A stretch of DNA of 60,352 bases, from the NCBI GenBank assembly GCA_964455155.1, contig CAYVYH010000001.1, positions 1 through 60,352 on the forward strand, in the 5' to 3' direction. This stretch comes from an uncultured Cytophagales bacterium. GTDB lineage: Bacteria > Bacteroidota > Bacteroidia > Cytophagales > Amoebophilaceae. Position numbers and translations under genes: made by a program. Under the pieces are notes generated by a model. The model was given only the letters and a program-made list of their open reading frames with translations, made no database searches and was not told where the DNA came from. Shown here piece by piece: positions 9,588 to 18,795 of the stretch (position 1 is the stretch's first letter; each line of letters opens with the position of its first letter).

Positions 9588-9618
9588 CCTGGTCTCAGCA
9601 CACTGTGCTGAGACCAGG
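9588..9618. repeat. 31-nt perfect palindrome (15-bp arms, 1-nt centre)
   Basis: cctggtctcagcaca-c-tgtgctgagaccagg. Every arm position was checked to be complementary. It lies 65 nt upstream of the DksA-like start, with no adjacent T-run on either strand. Confidence 0.9.
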
Positions 9619-9682
9619 GTGCTCGGTGGGATCGGGTCCTGATCTAGTGATTCAACAGTCATTTACGTAAACGCATAAAGTC

Positions 9683-10069
9683 GTGCATCCAAGCCAACAG
9701 AAAAAATATTCATCAGAGGAGCTACAAACATTTGAAGCAATGATCGTCTTTAAACTGGAGAAAGCGAATGATGAGCTTAAGAACATTATGGAAGTCTTAG
9801 GCAGAAAAAAAGAAAACAGTGCCGATAAGAACATCAAAACGCTCGAGGATAGTGCCGAAGTAGCTGAGCAAGAAAGTCTGGGTCAACTGGCAGCTAGGCA
9901 AAGGAAATTTATTGCGGAGCTGGAGGCTGCTTTTTTGAGGATTAAGAATGGTACGTATGGTATTTGTATAGTGACAGGGGAGCTCATTGATAAAGAAAGG
10001 CTTAAAGTTGTTCCGCACACTAGACACTCCCTTGCTGCTAAACTCTCTGATACGCTTGTGGCTCGTTAG
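9683..10069 (+). CDS. TraR/DksA family transcriptional regulator (cysteine-poor zinc-finger region)
   Basis: 128 aa with a coiled-coil core and C-terminal NGTYGICIVTGELIDKERLKVVPHTRHSL, matching the DksA/TraR C-terminal region but with only one Cys. GTG start. Confidence 0.75.
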   Translation: MHPSQQKKYSSEELQTFEAMIVFKLEKANDELKNIMEVLGRKKENSADKNIKTLEDSAEVAEQESLGQLAARQRKFIAELEAAFLRIKNGTYGICIVTGELIDKERLKVVPHTRHSLAAKLSDTLVAR

Positions 10070-10138
10070 AAAATATTCAGAATATGTGGTGTGGTAGCTG
10101 ATAGGATTAAACCAATAGCTATAAATTTTATCTAAAGC

Positions 10139-10867
10139 ATGGTAGAGCGAGAGACACTTCCTGAATATATTCGGCTGAATAAATTTATTAGTAATGCGGG
10201 CGTATGTGCTAGAAGAGCGGCTGACATACTTATTCAGGCAGGACATGTTACCGTTAACGGGAAGAAGGTGAACACGTTGGGATATAAGGTTACTCCCCAG
10301 GATGTAGTCCACTACCGTAACCGAGCGTTAAAAATAGAGAAACACGTATACATTCTGCTCAATAAGCCCAAGAACTACATCACTACCACGAAGGACGAAA
10401 GAGGGAGAAGGACAGTCTTACAGCTTGTTCAACATGCTTGTCAGGAGCGAGTTTACCCGGTGGGTAGGCTTGACTATAACACGACTGGTCTACTGCTTTT
10501 GACTAATGATGGAGCATTCTCAAAAAAACTAGCCCACCCTGTTAGTAATATCAAGAAGCTCTATCATGTTGTACTCAATAAGCCGATTAGTCCGGTAGAT
10601 TTCGAGAAAATAAAGAAGGGCATAGTACTGGAAGATGGTGTTGCACACGTAGACCAGCTGGAAATAGTGGGGCAAGATCGTAGTAGCATTGGTTTGGAAA
10701 TACACATGGGTCGCAATAGAGTGATTAGGCGCATCTTCGAGTGTCTGCAGTATGAAGTAGTAAAACTAGACAGGGTCATGTATGCCCATCTCACTAAAAA
10801 GGATTTACCGCGTGGCAAATGGCGGTTTCTCACTCAGCAAGAGGTGAAATATTTTAACCTCTATTAA
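10139..10867 (+). CDS. RsuA/RluB-family rRNA pseudouridine synthase with S4 domain
   Basis: S4 domain (LNKFISNAGVCARRAADILIQAGHVTVNGKKV) plus the catalytic motif YPVGRLDYNTTGLLLLTNDG. Confidence 0.9.
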   Translation: MVERETLPEYIRLNKFISNAGVCARRAADILIQAGHVTVNGKKVNTLGYKVTPQDVVHYRNRALKIEKHVYILLNKPKNYITTTKDERGRRTVLQLVQHACQERVYPVGRLDYNTTGLLLLTNDGAFSKKLAHPVSNIKKLYHVVLNKPISPVDFEKIKKGIVLEDGVAHVDQLEIVGQDRSSIGLEIHMGRNRVIRRIFECLQYEVVKLDRVMYAHLTKKDLPRGKWRFLTQQEVKYFNLY

Positions 10868-11426
10868 CATTGAGGTAGCTAGTATAGCCATTTTATAGGC
10901 TGATACCTCGGTAGGTGTTGTCAGGGAACCATTTTCTGACGTGTCGTATTCTTGTCCACACAAACAAATAAAGTAGAGAATCCGAAGATGCTAACTGGCA
11001 AGTGTGCTGATATTAGATTTTGTATAAGCTCAGCCGCTTGCTTAGTCAGGGGACCTTTGTCGGAGAAAAATTGGGGCAGTACAGTGTTGTTTATGATATC
11101 GCAGATTCCTATTTACTAAAGCTACAAGTCACGGAGATTTCTTGTACGATAGACGTCCGATATGCTGCCATAAACTACCGACTAGCTCCGGTTTTGCAAG
11201 CGACTACTGTGCGCTGTACCCAACTCTCAATCGCAACAATCTGCAAGCAGGCAATGGCACGCTCGTTGCCTTTCCATGCTATAGGGCCGTTAGGGGCAGT
11301 TCCCTTTAATCGATTGATATTGTGCCACGGGAAGGAGAGCGTGGACTTACCCACGACAGTGATCTCAATTGGCAGATAAAAAAGTAGCGTTTTCTGAAAA
11401 GCTTATACGAAGCCCACACACGTTGG

Positions 11427-12302
11427 CTAATGTGATGCTTTGCGTTTATCTCTGTAGGTGATGATGTAGGTAGTTGCTACGATTATGATACTGCCTAGTA
11501 TCGTGTAGAAGTTAGGAATCTCATTTAGAAACACAAATCCAATCAGGAAAGCAAATAGAAGCCTTGTATACTCAAATGGGGCCAGAAAAGAAGGACTTGT
11601 TTTTTTGATCGCTGTTAGATAGCAATAGTGAGCAGTGAGTCCTAATGCACCACCGGAAGCTAACAGCAATACGTCACGCCACGCCAGTACCTGCCAGTAC
11701 GGATAACTGAGGCATCCAAAAATAGTAGTAAGCCCTATACTGGTATAGCTGATAATGGTAAGACTGCTGTCATGCTTAGATATAATTTTACTCATGATCG
11801 TACTACATCCCGCCAAGAAATTAGCTAGCAATGACGTGAGAATACCCATTTCCAGTACCATGGAACGCGGTTGAATAATGCACAAAGTCCCCGCATAACC
11901 AGCCAGAATACATAACCACTTAATGCCGTCTACCTTGTCTTTAAGGATGAGTATGGAAAGTACAGTCGTAAACAACGCACCGCTCATGCCTAACGACGTT
12001 GCCAGTGTGAGTGGCAGATGGCGATACGTGTAATAGGTACACAGCATAGCGCCTGCACTCAGTAAGATCCGCACGCCATGCAGTCCATACTGGTTACTTT
12101 TGAATACTTTTTGGGGACTACTCACGAGCAAGGGAATCGAAAATAAGAGTCCAAAAAAGTTCCTGACAAATACAACCAGCGTCGTAGGAATATCTGGCGT
12201 TAGTTCTTTCGTGATAGTCATAAGCACACTCATCAGAAGTGCGGCAAGGGTGGCAAGTAAAGCTCCCTGTACAGGAGGAGAAAATATAGTTTTGCTATGC
12301 AT
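11427..12302 (-). CDS. EamA/DMT-family transporter
   Basis: About ten TM helices in two EamA-like halves. ATG 12302 chosen, because the track start at 12494 would overlap the upstream trhO gene by 180 nt. Confidence 0.75.
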   Translation of the reverse strand: MHSKTIFSPPVQGALLATLAALLMSVLMTITKELTPDIPTTLVVFVRNFFGLLFSIPLLVSSPQKVFKSNQYGLHGVRILLSAGAMLCTYYTYRHLPLTLATSLGMSGALFTTVLSILILKDKVDGIKWLCILAGYAGTLCIIQPRSMVLEMGILTSLLANFLAGCSTIMSKIISKHDSSLTIISYTSIGLTTIFGCLSYPYWQVLAWRDVLLLASGGALGLTAHYCYLTAIKKTSPSFLAPFEYTRLLFAFLIGFVFLNEIPNFYTILGSIIIVATTYIITYRDKRKASH

Positions 12303-12312
12303 ATCGTTGTTG

Positions 12313-13287
12313 CTATAACCCATTTCCCCACCCCTGATAAGGATTGTAGCCGTTGGTCCTCTTAACATAGTGGCCTGTGCCATTGTAAGGTCGCTTCTCG
12401 GGGTGCTTTTGGCAGGTTTTAGAGCAGGCTCCAGCGAGGCTTTCTGCACATGACGCACATATAGGCACGTGAATATTGCATGTAGGGTTAGCACAGTTCA
12501 CCATCCGATCACAAGCGGTGTGGCATACATAGCAGTTGCTAATGACTGTTGGCTCTGCTTTATTGATTTGGGTAGCTAGGCGGTTGTCAAAGACATAGCA
12601 CTGACCTTCAAAACCCTCACCGTTTGTCTCTAAACCATACTGAATGATGCCTCCGTGAAGTTGATAAACGTTTTCAAAACCTTTTTCTAGCAAAAAAGCA
12701 CTAGCTTTCTCACACTTAACACCCCCTGTACAGTAAGCGACGATTTTTTTGTCTCTGTAGGGCAGTATCTGATCTACTTGACTAGTAAATTCTCTAAAGT
12801 GGTCAATATCCAGTGTCACCGCTCCTTTAAATTTCCCAAGCTTATGTTCGTACTTGGAGCGTACATCTAGTAGTACCACATCCTCATCTGTTTGTATGCG
12901 TCGCAGTGTTTGAGGGGTGATATATGGTCCGGCTTGTCGATTAGGGTTGATATGGGGTAGGCCAGCGTGGACAATTTCTGATTTTACCCTGACATGAAGT
13001 TTGTGAAAAACATGTCGATGATAAGTTGTCACCTTGAAGTGTGTGTGGGCAAAGCGCTTATCTGCCTTAAGGTCAAACATGTACTTTTTGCAAACTGATG
13101 CATGTCCAGAAATAGTTCCATTGATGCCTTCTGAAGCGATGATGATGCGCCCTCTCAGGCCATTTTCTAAGCAATAATAATGGTGCTTTTTTCTGAACTC
13201 CTCCGGTTCTTCAATGGGTGAGTAACAATAGTAGAGCAATATGTTGTAAGACTGTTGCATGGCTTCTGGAAAATTATTGTGAGACAT
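12313..13287 (-). CDS. trhO: rhodanese-domain tRNA uridine(34) hydroxylase (UPF0176/YceA family)
   Basis: UPF0176 N-terminal domain, a rhodanese domain with the loop CTGGVKCEKAS, and a Cys-rich C-terminus (CYVCHTACDRMVNCANPTCN). Confidence 0.85.
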   Translation of the reverse strand: MSHNNFPEAMQQSYNILLYYCYSPIEEPEEFRKKHHYYCLENGLRGRIIIASEGINGTISGHASVCKKYMFDLKADKRFAHTHFKVTTYHRHVFHKLHVRVKSEIVHAGLPHINPNRQAGPYITPQTLRRIQTDEDVVLLDVRSKYEHKLGKFKGAVTLDIDHFREFTSQVDQILPYRDKKIVAYCTGGVKCEKASAFLLEKGFENVYQLHGGIIQYGLETNGEGFEGQCYVFDNRLATQINKAEPTVISNCYVCHTACDRMVNCANPTCNIHVPICASCAESLAGACSKTCQKHPEKRPYNGTGHYVKRTNGYNPYQGWGNGL

Positions 13288-13323
13288 TTTCTCCTAGAAT
13301 GACGACCCGTCGCCGCATGAGTA

Positions 13324-14382
13324 CTAATGTAGCCTTTTCAGCGGTCTCGTTTCACCAAGTTTCATAAGCCAAATAGCGCTTGACTCAATATGCTGAGCTT
13401 GTGCCGCTTTTTTGAACCTTTTGATGGGTTCATCCAGAGGCTCATCGGATAGATTAAGCGTGCCCCAATGCATGCCAATCATATTTTTTGCATTGACATC
13501 CTGCGCAATTTGTATTGCTTGTTCTGGATTTGCGTGATACTGTACTAATAGTTTCTCAGGTGCGTAGGCACCAATTCCGACGATAGCTAGATCACAGTTA
13601 CCTAAATTTGACTTGATCTCTTTAAAAATTTGGGGATGATAGGCAGTATCCCCCGAAAAGTAAATGTCGAAAGCTTTTGATTTGACCCCAAAACCGCACC
13701 ATAGTGTCTTGTTTTTATCGAATAAAGACCTTCCCGAGTTGTGTATGGCGGGTAAGCAAAGAACGGCTATCTCTTGATGGTTGGCTTCTTCATACCACCG
13801 CATCTCTTGCACTTCTGTAAAACCACATTGCTGAAAATATGTGGCTAATCCTAACGGACAAAAGATTTGTACTTTGGCACCGAATTTCTCTCTAATGCGT
13901 TTCAAGCTTTTGATATCTAGATGGTCATAGTGGTTATGACTGCAAACAATGACGTCTAGCTGAGGGAGGTCTTTTACGTTGATAGTGGGAGGAATGTATC
14001 TTTTTGGTCCGAAACCAAATCTTCCGGCTGTATCAGCAAAAAAGGGGTCTGTTAGGATACAAGTTTGGCCTACCTTGATGAAAAAAGTAGCATGTCCGAT
14101 CCACGTGATGGAATCTGATTGTTGCCACTGAAGAAGTCCCCTCAGTGCATCGTCTCTGTTGAGGGCATACTCCCGCAGTATGTCTTTCTTGCTACTCCCG
14201 AACCCAACAATTCTCCTCGTGAGGAATAAGATCCAGTCCGTAGGCGAATTTTTGACAATTGTGGATCCCGCTGGATTTTTGAAATCGTGTGTTCCTGTGT
14301 AAGTACGCATGTGTATGCAAGCGCTTGTAATAAGTAAGGAAGCAAAGATTAAGTATCTCAACATGACGGAATTTGAAAACAA
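13324..14382 (-). CDS. MBL-fold metallo-hydrolase (NAPE-PLD-like), probable lipoprotein
   Basis: Signal/lipobox-like LLITSAC, metallo-beta-lactamase motif CSHNHYDHLD, and WIGHATFFIK at the start of the domain. Confidence 0.8.
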   Translation of the reverse strand: MFSNSVMLRYLIFASLLITSACIHMRTYTGTHDFKNPAGSTIVKNSPTDWILFLTRRIVGFGSSKKDILREYALNRDDALRGLLQWQQSDSITWIGHATFFIKVGQTCILTDPFFADTAGRFGFGPKRYIPPTINVKDLPQLDVIVCSHNHYDHLDIKSLKRIREKFGAKVQIFCPLGLATYFQQCGFTEVQEMRWYEEANHQEIAVLCLPAIHNSGRSLFDKNKTLWCGFGVKSKAFDIYFSGDTAYHPQIFKEIKSNLGNCDLAIVGIGAYAPEKLLVQYHANPEQAIQIAQDVNAKNMIGMHWGTLNLSDEPLDEPIKRFKKAAQAQHIESSAIWLMKLGETRPLKRLH

Positions 14383-14427
14383 TGGATCTAGTATGATTTA
14401 GGTACACATTTCACTAGGCGTATGAAC

Positions 14428-15066
14428 TCACTTGCGTTCTGTAGGTACTGCCGGATTGCCCAGTACGGTTGCTCCTGCCTTAACGTTTGTCAGTACCACT
14501 GCTCCCGCACCGATGCTTGCTGCTTCCCCTACTATCACGCCTGCAACGATGGTAGCGCCTGCACCGACGAAGACACCTTTGTCGAGCTGGGTCCCTGCAC
14601 CTATTATGCTACCTGCTCCTATTTGCACAAATTCTCTAATCACCGCATCATGCTCAACGGTTACTCGGGTATGAAGGATACAATGGCTGTCGACCGAAGC
14701 GCCAGCACCTAAGCTAACGCTGGTATTGATGAGGTTGCCATGACCGAGCACTGCTGATGTAGCAATGATTGCTGAAGGGTGAATGGCATTAACGGGAGTC
14801 TTCCGGCGCTTATGGAGCATGGCTACCAAGCGTTGCCGCGTGGCTTGTTGCTCCATCGCAACAAATACATCACATTGCTCTCCGATAAGATCCAGGTACT
14901 GCTCTTCCGTTGTGTTGCCTAGCACAGGGACGCCGTCGATTATTTGACCCTGGAGTGCCTGGTCATCGTCTAGAAAGCCATACACGACGACATTGCTTTT
15001 CTGAAAAATCTCTAGAACAACCCTCCCCAAACTATGCGCGCCCAAAATGATAACGGGATCTCCCAT
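14428..15066 (-). CDS. NeuD/PglD-type sugar acetyltransferase (left-handed beta-helix)
   Basis: N-terminal Rossmann-like VIILGAHSLGRVVLE, then hexapeptide repeats (IGAGSIIGAGTQL..VGAGATIVAGVIVGE..IGAGAVV). Confidence 0.8.
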   Translation of the reverse strand: MGDPVIILGAHSLGRVVLEIFQKSNVVVYGFLDDDQALQGQIIDGVPVLGNTTEEQYLDLIGEQCDVFVAMEQQATRQRLVAMLHKRRKTPVNAIHPSAIIATSAVLGHGNLINTSVSLGAGASVDSHCILHTRVTVEHDAVIREFVQIGAGSIIGAGTQLDKGVFVGAGATIVAGVIVGEAASIGAGAVVLTNVKAGATVLGNPAVPTERK

Positions 15067-15130
15067 GCTACTTAATTAAGGCCTCTAATTTACCGGGATA
15101 GGCGTACACTAACAAGCTGAGAGACAGCAT

Positions 15131-15179
15131 CAAGTATTGACCTTATGCGTCTCTTTTTGACGCATAAGGTCGATACTTG
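15131..15179. repeat. 49-nt hairpin / inverted repeat (21-bp arms, 7-nt loop, one T:G position)
   Basis: caagtattgaccttatgcgtc-tcttttt-gacgcataaggtcgatacttg, checked position by position. It sits in the divergent spacer between the acetyltransferase and the ABC permease. Confidence 0.9.
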
Positions 15180-15358
15180 GCTAGCAATACTAGACTTGCG
15201 TATTTCTCTGTCTTACTCGATAGCGTATGCCTGCTTTTTACTTACCGGTTTGATGAATCAGCATCCTAAAAAATTATTAGCTTGTAGTGTCTAGTATTAC
15301 GGTAGATGTTAGAGTAACATTGACCTAATATCTATTCTTTAAGGCTCTTGTGATTATT

Positions 15359-16588
15359 ATGTCTGTTCTCCACTATGTAGAAGAAGTTTACCAGAACCTT
15401 CGACAGCACAAGCTCAGGAGTGTGCTAACCGGATTTGGGGTTGCGTGGGGTATCTTTATTCTGGTCATTTTGCTGGGTGCAGGGGAAGGATTCTATCATG
15501 GTACGTTCCGAAAATTCGCAGGGTATGCCAAAAACAGTGTTTGGTTTTGGGGTGGACAACGTGTTTCAGGACACCGAGTGCTGTTTTCAGCACCGTTACT
15601 GAACACAATGCAACACAAAATAGAAGGTATTCAGTACGCCACGCCAGTAGCTAGGCCATATAGGCCGGTATTAGTCAGCTATTTAGAGGAAGAATATAAC
15701 CAAGCAGCTGTACAAGGTGTGAGTGCTAGTTATGCTCAAGTGAGTCAATTGGTGTTACAAAAAGGCCGATTTTTGAGTAATCGCGATGAAATCAATGCCA
15801 GGCTAGTATGTGTTGTTGGGCATGATATACAGCGTATTCTCTTCAAGAGGAAGGACCCCATAGGCCAATTTTTGAGTGTGGGTGGCGTGTACTTTCAGGT
15901 AGTGGGTACGTTGGATAGAGATGCTGCTACCAATCGTCGAGAGCAGAAATCTGTCTTTATACCGTTTCAAACGTTCTGTGAGACGTTTAACCAGAGTGCC
16001 GAATGCGATGAATTCAGACTAGCACTTTATCCAGGGGCCATTTCCCAGACTGTAGAGCAAGAAGTACGTGCCCATTTGGCGCGGCAGCTTCGTTTCGAGC
16101 AGTCGAATGAAAAAGCACTTTATGCCTTTAACTTTGGGAAGGAGACTGAAAAGTTCAACACGCTTTTTCATGGCATCCGCTTATTCCTTTGGGCTGTTGG
16201 TGTATGTCTGTTACTCAGTGGTGTTGTGGGTGTTGGCAACATGATGCTAGTACAAGTCAAGGATAGAACGCAAGAAATCGGTATCAGAAGAGTATTAGGA
16301 GCCAGCGCCAGGGAAATTCTGGTCATGATTTTATCGGAATCAATTTTCATTAGCTTGACTGCGGGTGTTGTGGGCATGGTAGCGGGTGTGGGGGCTATTT
16401 ACTTATTAAACAGGGTGCTAGACTATATAGATTCAACTCAGAGTTTGCTAATGGCACACCTAGTGTTCAAGTTTTCCACAGCCGTAGTAGCCTTACTACT
16501 CTTGATTATTGCGGGCGCTGTTGCTGGGATCATGCCCGCCAAGAGAGCGATCAACATCTTACCCATCAATGCACTAAATACAGAATAA
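15359..16588 (+). CDS. ABC transporter permease, MacB/FtsX family
   Basis: N-terminal TM, a large periplasmic MacB-like domain, and a C-terminal FtsX 3-TM bundle (...GIRRVLGASAREIL...). ATG 15359; the track start is GTG 15350. Confidence 0.85.
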   Translation: MSVLHYVEEVYQNLRQHKLRSVLTGFGVAWGIFILVILLGAGEGFYHGTFRKFAGYAKNSVWFWGGQRVSGHRVLFSAPLLNTMQHKIEGIQYATPVARPYRPVLVSYLEEEYNQAAVQGVSASYAQVSQLVLQKGRFLSNRDEINARLVCVVGHDIQRILFKRKDPIGQFLSVGGVYFQVVGTLDRDAATNRREQKSVFIPFQTFCETFNQSAECDEFRLALYPGAISQTVEQEVRAHLARQLRFEQSNEKALYAFNFGKETEKFNTLFHGIRLFLWAVGVCLLLSGVVGVGNMMLVQVKDRTQEIGIRRVLGASAREILVMILSESIFISLTAGVVGMVAGVGAIYLLNRVLDYIDSTQSLLMAHLVFKFSTAVVALLLLIIAGAVAGIMPAKRAINILPINALNTE

Positions 16589-16594
16589 AACACC

Positions 16595-17740
16595 ATGCGT
16601 CGTAGCACCAAGATACTTATCGGAGTTTTCCTGCTAGGGAGTAGTACAGGTATAGCTGTTTGGTTGTGGCAAGCTAGTAAGCGATCGAGGATGTCCGCTG
16701 CTATCAAAACCGGAGTACCTGTCAAGATGGATATTACCGATAAAAGAGTGATCTCAGGCAGTATAGTTCCTTGCAGGGAGGTTGTGCTCACCACCGAGGT
16801 GTCGGGTACGATCGACAAGCTTTTTGTCTCAATAGGAGATCAAGTAAGCCAAGGACAGGCAATTGCTCGGGTCAAGGTGCTCCCTAAATCCAATGATGTT
16901 GAAAGAGCTAAAAAGGGACTACATATTGCCCAAATCACGCAGAGGCAAGCAAAAGAAAAATATCAAAGAAGCAAACAGTTGTTTGAAAAACAATTGTTGT
17001 CCCCAGAACAATATGAGGCAGCCGTTAGAGCATGGGAAGTGGCATTTGAAGAGGCTGATTATGCCCAAAAGGCACTTAATCTTGTGCTCGAGGGTCACAT
17101 TGCAGGTGCCCGGGGAGCCTCTAATGTGATTCAATCTACCATAGCAGGTGTCGTGTCGGAGCTGCCCTACCAAGAAGGCAATGTGGTGGTAGAGCGTGGT
17201 AACTCTAAGGAGGGAAGTCCTATCGCTACTATTGCCGATACGAGTGTCCTACTCTTTCAGGGAAAAGTAGGGGAAATGGATGTAGTCCATTTGTATCAAG
17301 GCATGCACTTTGAAGTGTCTTTGATGGCGATGAAAGGCAAAAAATTCCCAACGACCTTGACGAAGGTCTCACCTAAAGCGCTGGAATCTAGGGGTGAGGG
17401 AAGCGTAAAATTTGCCGTAGAAGGTACCGTACAATTGGACCATCAGGACAGAGCAAATATTAGGGCTGGTTACACAGCCACGGCAGACATCATCCTCGCC
17501 AAAGTGTCCGACGTCCTTGCTATTGAAGAGGCGTGGGTTCATCAAGATAATGCCAGCATGCTGGCACCTATGACTTTAGAGGTGGCCCAAGGAGATAGTG
17601 CCTTTTTCGTATGGACACATGAGCATAATAAAAAAGTGAAGAAATATGTTGAGCTAGGTATCTCCGACGGTATCTATGTAGAGGTCAAAAAAGGCTTGAC
17701 GGCTAACGACAGGATAATCATAGCAGATGATTCGCATTGA
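16595..17740 (+). CDS. efflux periplasmic adaptor subunit (HlyD/MacA family)
   Basis: N-terminal TM anchor, a barrel-sandwich/lipoyl-type segment (GTIDKLFVSIGDQVSQGQAIARV), a coiled-coil hairpin and a beta-barrel C-terminus. Confidence 0.8.
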   Translation: MRRSTKILIGVFLLGSSTGIAVWLWQASKRSRMSAAIKTGVPVKMDITDKRVISGSIVPCREVVLTTEVSGTIDKLFVSIGDQVSQGQAIARVKVLPKSNDVERAKKGLHIAQITQRQAKEKYQRSKQLFEKQLLSPEQYEAAVRAWEVAFEEADYAQKALNLVLEGHIAGARGASNVIQSTIAGVVSELPYQEGNVVVERGNSKEGSPIATIADTSVLLFQGKVGEMDVVHLYQGMHFEVSLMAMKGKKFPTTLTKVSPKALESRGEGSVKFAVEGTVQLDHQDRANIRAGYTATADIILAKVSDVLAIEEAWVHQDNASMLAPMTLEVAQGDSAFFVWTHEHNKKVKKYVELGISDGIYVEVKKGLTANDRIIIADDSH

Positions 17741-18389
17741 TCACCTTTCTAAATACTATCGGCTTGGAGATAGGAAGCTACAAGTTCTCAAGCATATTAA
17801 CCTACATGTACAACCGGGGGAGTTGGTGGCCCTTATGGGGCAATCTGGAGCCGGTAAGTCAACGCTGCTAAATATCATAGGCATCTTAGACACCTACAAT
17901 GAGGGTAGTTATTATCTGCAAGGTAATCTGATTCAAGGGTTCGCAGAAAAAGAAAATGCACAATACAGGAATAAGCTCATCGGCTTTGTTTTCCAGCGCT
18001 TCTATCTTATTCCCTCCAAAACAGCGCTTTACAACGTAGCACTTCCATTGTATTATCGGGGTGTCGGCAAGCAGGAACGGCTCGAAAAAGCTTTGATCAT
18101 GCTCGAACGTGTAGGATTACAAGATTATCAAACACACCTTCCCAATGAGCTTTCGGGAGGTCAACAGCAGCGTGTGGCCATTGCCAGGGCACTGATTACA
18201 GATCCTCCTTTGATTTTGGCTGATGAACCTACAGGTGCCTTAGACAGTAAAACGTCCCAGGAAATCATGCTGTTACTCAAAGATTTACATCAAGCAGGCA
18301 AGACTATTGTCGTGGTGACACACAATGCTGAGGTAACGGCACTTTGTAGTAGAACCATAGTCATGAGAGACGGACGCATCCTTGAATGA
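17727..18389 (+). CDS. ABC transporter ATP-binding protein (MacB/LolD type)
   Basis: Walker A GQSGAGKST, signature LSGGQQQRV and Walker B LILADEPTGALD. It overlaps the adaptor gene by 14 nt. Confidence 0.92.
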   Translation: MIRIDHLSKYYRLGDRKLQVLKHINLHVQPGELVALMGQSGAGKSTLLNIIGILDTYNEGSYYLQGNLIQGFAEKENAQYRNKLIGFVFQRFYLIPSKTALYNVALPLYYRGVGKQERLEKALIMLERVGLQDYQTHLPNELSGGQQQRVAIARALITDPPLILADEPTGALDSKTSQEIMLLLKDLHQAGKTIVVVTHNAEVTALCSRTIVMRDGRILE

Positions 18390-18758
18390 TAGTTGGAGAT
18401 TTTTTTCTTGGTGCGATCCCCGTGAGTATTATTGGCGATAGCGTTGCTGCCTCCCTCTAGTGCTCCCATGATAGTGAGACTTTTGCATGGGGGGATTTAC
18501 GCATTAGGGCACATCTCAATAACTCGATGCTGTTGCCCATTGCTTCATGGACACGTGCCGCCCTCGAATGTTCCTTAAAAAAAGGGATAAGCCAGCGTGA
18601 TTGTAAGGAAGTTTTTCTCGGCAACCATAACAGTGCTTATTAAGATGATTCTATGCCATGAAGAGATCTCAAGGCGGCTACTGGTGCTGCCTGTCACTTG
18701 GCTTTGAATACGCGTACATTGGCATGCAAATCGAAGAATTGTTTTTATAAACAGTCTA

Positions 18759-18766
18759 TAGATTTG
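18759..18766 (+). promoter_or_regulatory. candidate Bacteroidota -7 promoter box (TAnnTTTG)
   Basis: TAGATTTG is an exact match to TAnnTTTG, 30 nt upstream of the M20 ATG. A TTG lies 17 nt further upstream (18739-18741). Confidence 0.3.
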
Positions 18767-18795
18767 AAGAGCTTTTAAAATATTTACTGTGAATT

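Noticed and set aside
8810-9682. Possible RNase P RNA, tmRNA, SRP RNA or extra tRNAs in the long spacers. The spacers 32597-33859, 50059-50217 and 50290-50538 were also examined.
   Set aside because: The universally conserved segments were not found on either strand. These are GAGGAAAGTCCGGGC and ACAGAACCCGGCTTA for rnpB, a tRNA-like GGGG...TTCGAATCC...TCCACCA frame for tmRNA, and GGAAGCAGCC-type helix 8 for SRP. This was by-eye scanning only; an Infernal scan would be decisive.
11020-11379. 119-aa ORF in the convergent spacer between the RluB-like and EamA genes.
   Set aside because: It has a TTG-type start, no recognisable domain, and a composition unlike the neighbouring genes. It is more likely random or decayed sequence and is kept only as part of the spacer finding.
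14422-14712. 96-aa and 80-aa plus-strand ORFs opposite the hexapeptide acetyltransferase.
   Set aside because: These are mirror frames of the GC-rich, repetitive (I/V)GAGA hexapeptide coding region. Such repeats keep several frames open by chance.
18468-18578. 36-codon ORF (MIVRLLHGGIYALGHISITRCCCPLLHGHVPPSNVP) just downstream of the MacB-type exporter operon. I considered it as a possible exported Cys-rich peptide precursor.
   Set aside because: Nothing supports it beyond its location. There is no leader-like motif and no modification enzyme nearby, and an ORF this short is expected by chance in a 400-nt spacer. It would need conservation or ribosome-profiling evidence.
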